From Chlorokybus atmophyticus (Eukaryota > Plantae > Mesostigma and Chlorokybus algae): a DNA stretch of 19,861 bases. The stretch is taken from the NCBI GenBank assembly GCA_009103225.1, contig RHPI01002829.1, forward strand, positions 1-19,861. Reading direction: 5' to 3'. Below the pieces are notes generated by a model. That model did not search any database, was not told the origin of the DNA, and saw only the letters and a list, made by a program, of their open reading frames with translations. Below, one piece after another: positions 19,765 to 19,861 of the stretch. Numbering within the stretch: the stretch's first letter is position 1; every line of letters starts with the position of its first letter. Both the position numbers and the translations under genes were made by a program.

Positions 19765-19861
19765 ATGGTTTGTAATAGCACCACCGTCGCCGGTGATGCC
19801 CCTTCAATCCTCTACCCCAATACCCACACCGCCTATGACAAGCCTTTCAGCGGCGTGGCCG
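19765..19861 (+). CDS. Possible 5' end of a coding region running off the window
   Basis: ATG at 19765 stays open to the window end (MVCNSTTVAGDAPSILYPNTHTAYDKPFSGVA), with a shift to higher GC after an AT-rich tract. Too short to identify. Confidence 0.3.
   Translation, partial: MVCNSTTVAGDAPSILYPNTHTAYDKPFSGVA

Overview
Eukaryotic nuclear DNA, most likely a chlorophyte green alga: many short GT-AG introns, plant-type organelle-targeted enzymes, TGTAA poly(A)-like signals and the standard code (predicted genes end in TAG, TGA and TAA). The six-frame ORF track mostly shows exon fragments. Splicing by hand gives four phase-consistent genes. (1) A membrane-anchored 2H-phosphoesterase-like protein (5316-7877, -, 363 aa). 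(2) A 3-mercaptopyruvate sulfurtransferase with tandem rhodanese domains (8192-10924, +, 353 aa), head-to-head with gene 1. (3) Diaminopimelate epimerase DapF (12300-15431, -, 356 aa). (4) A VHL beta-domain protein with a C-terminal F-box-like motif (16255 to at least 17503, -). A fifth, less certain 4-exon orphan gene (2375-3644, -) encodes a beta-rich protein behind an NLS-like N-terminus. The flanks are repeat-rich and non-genic. Bases 1-2350 hold hairpins, GACAGCC/GGCTGTC arrays, a TA microsatellite, a degenerate tRNA-like Pol III unit and seven GGACCA-N4-TGGT(C/T)C palindromes. Bases 18370-19760 are AT-rich with a possible decayed ORF and several inverted and direct repeats. All family assignments come from motif recognition, not database searches.
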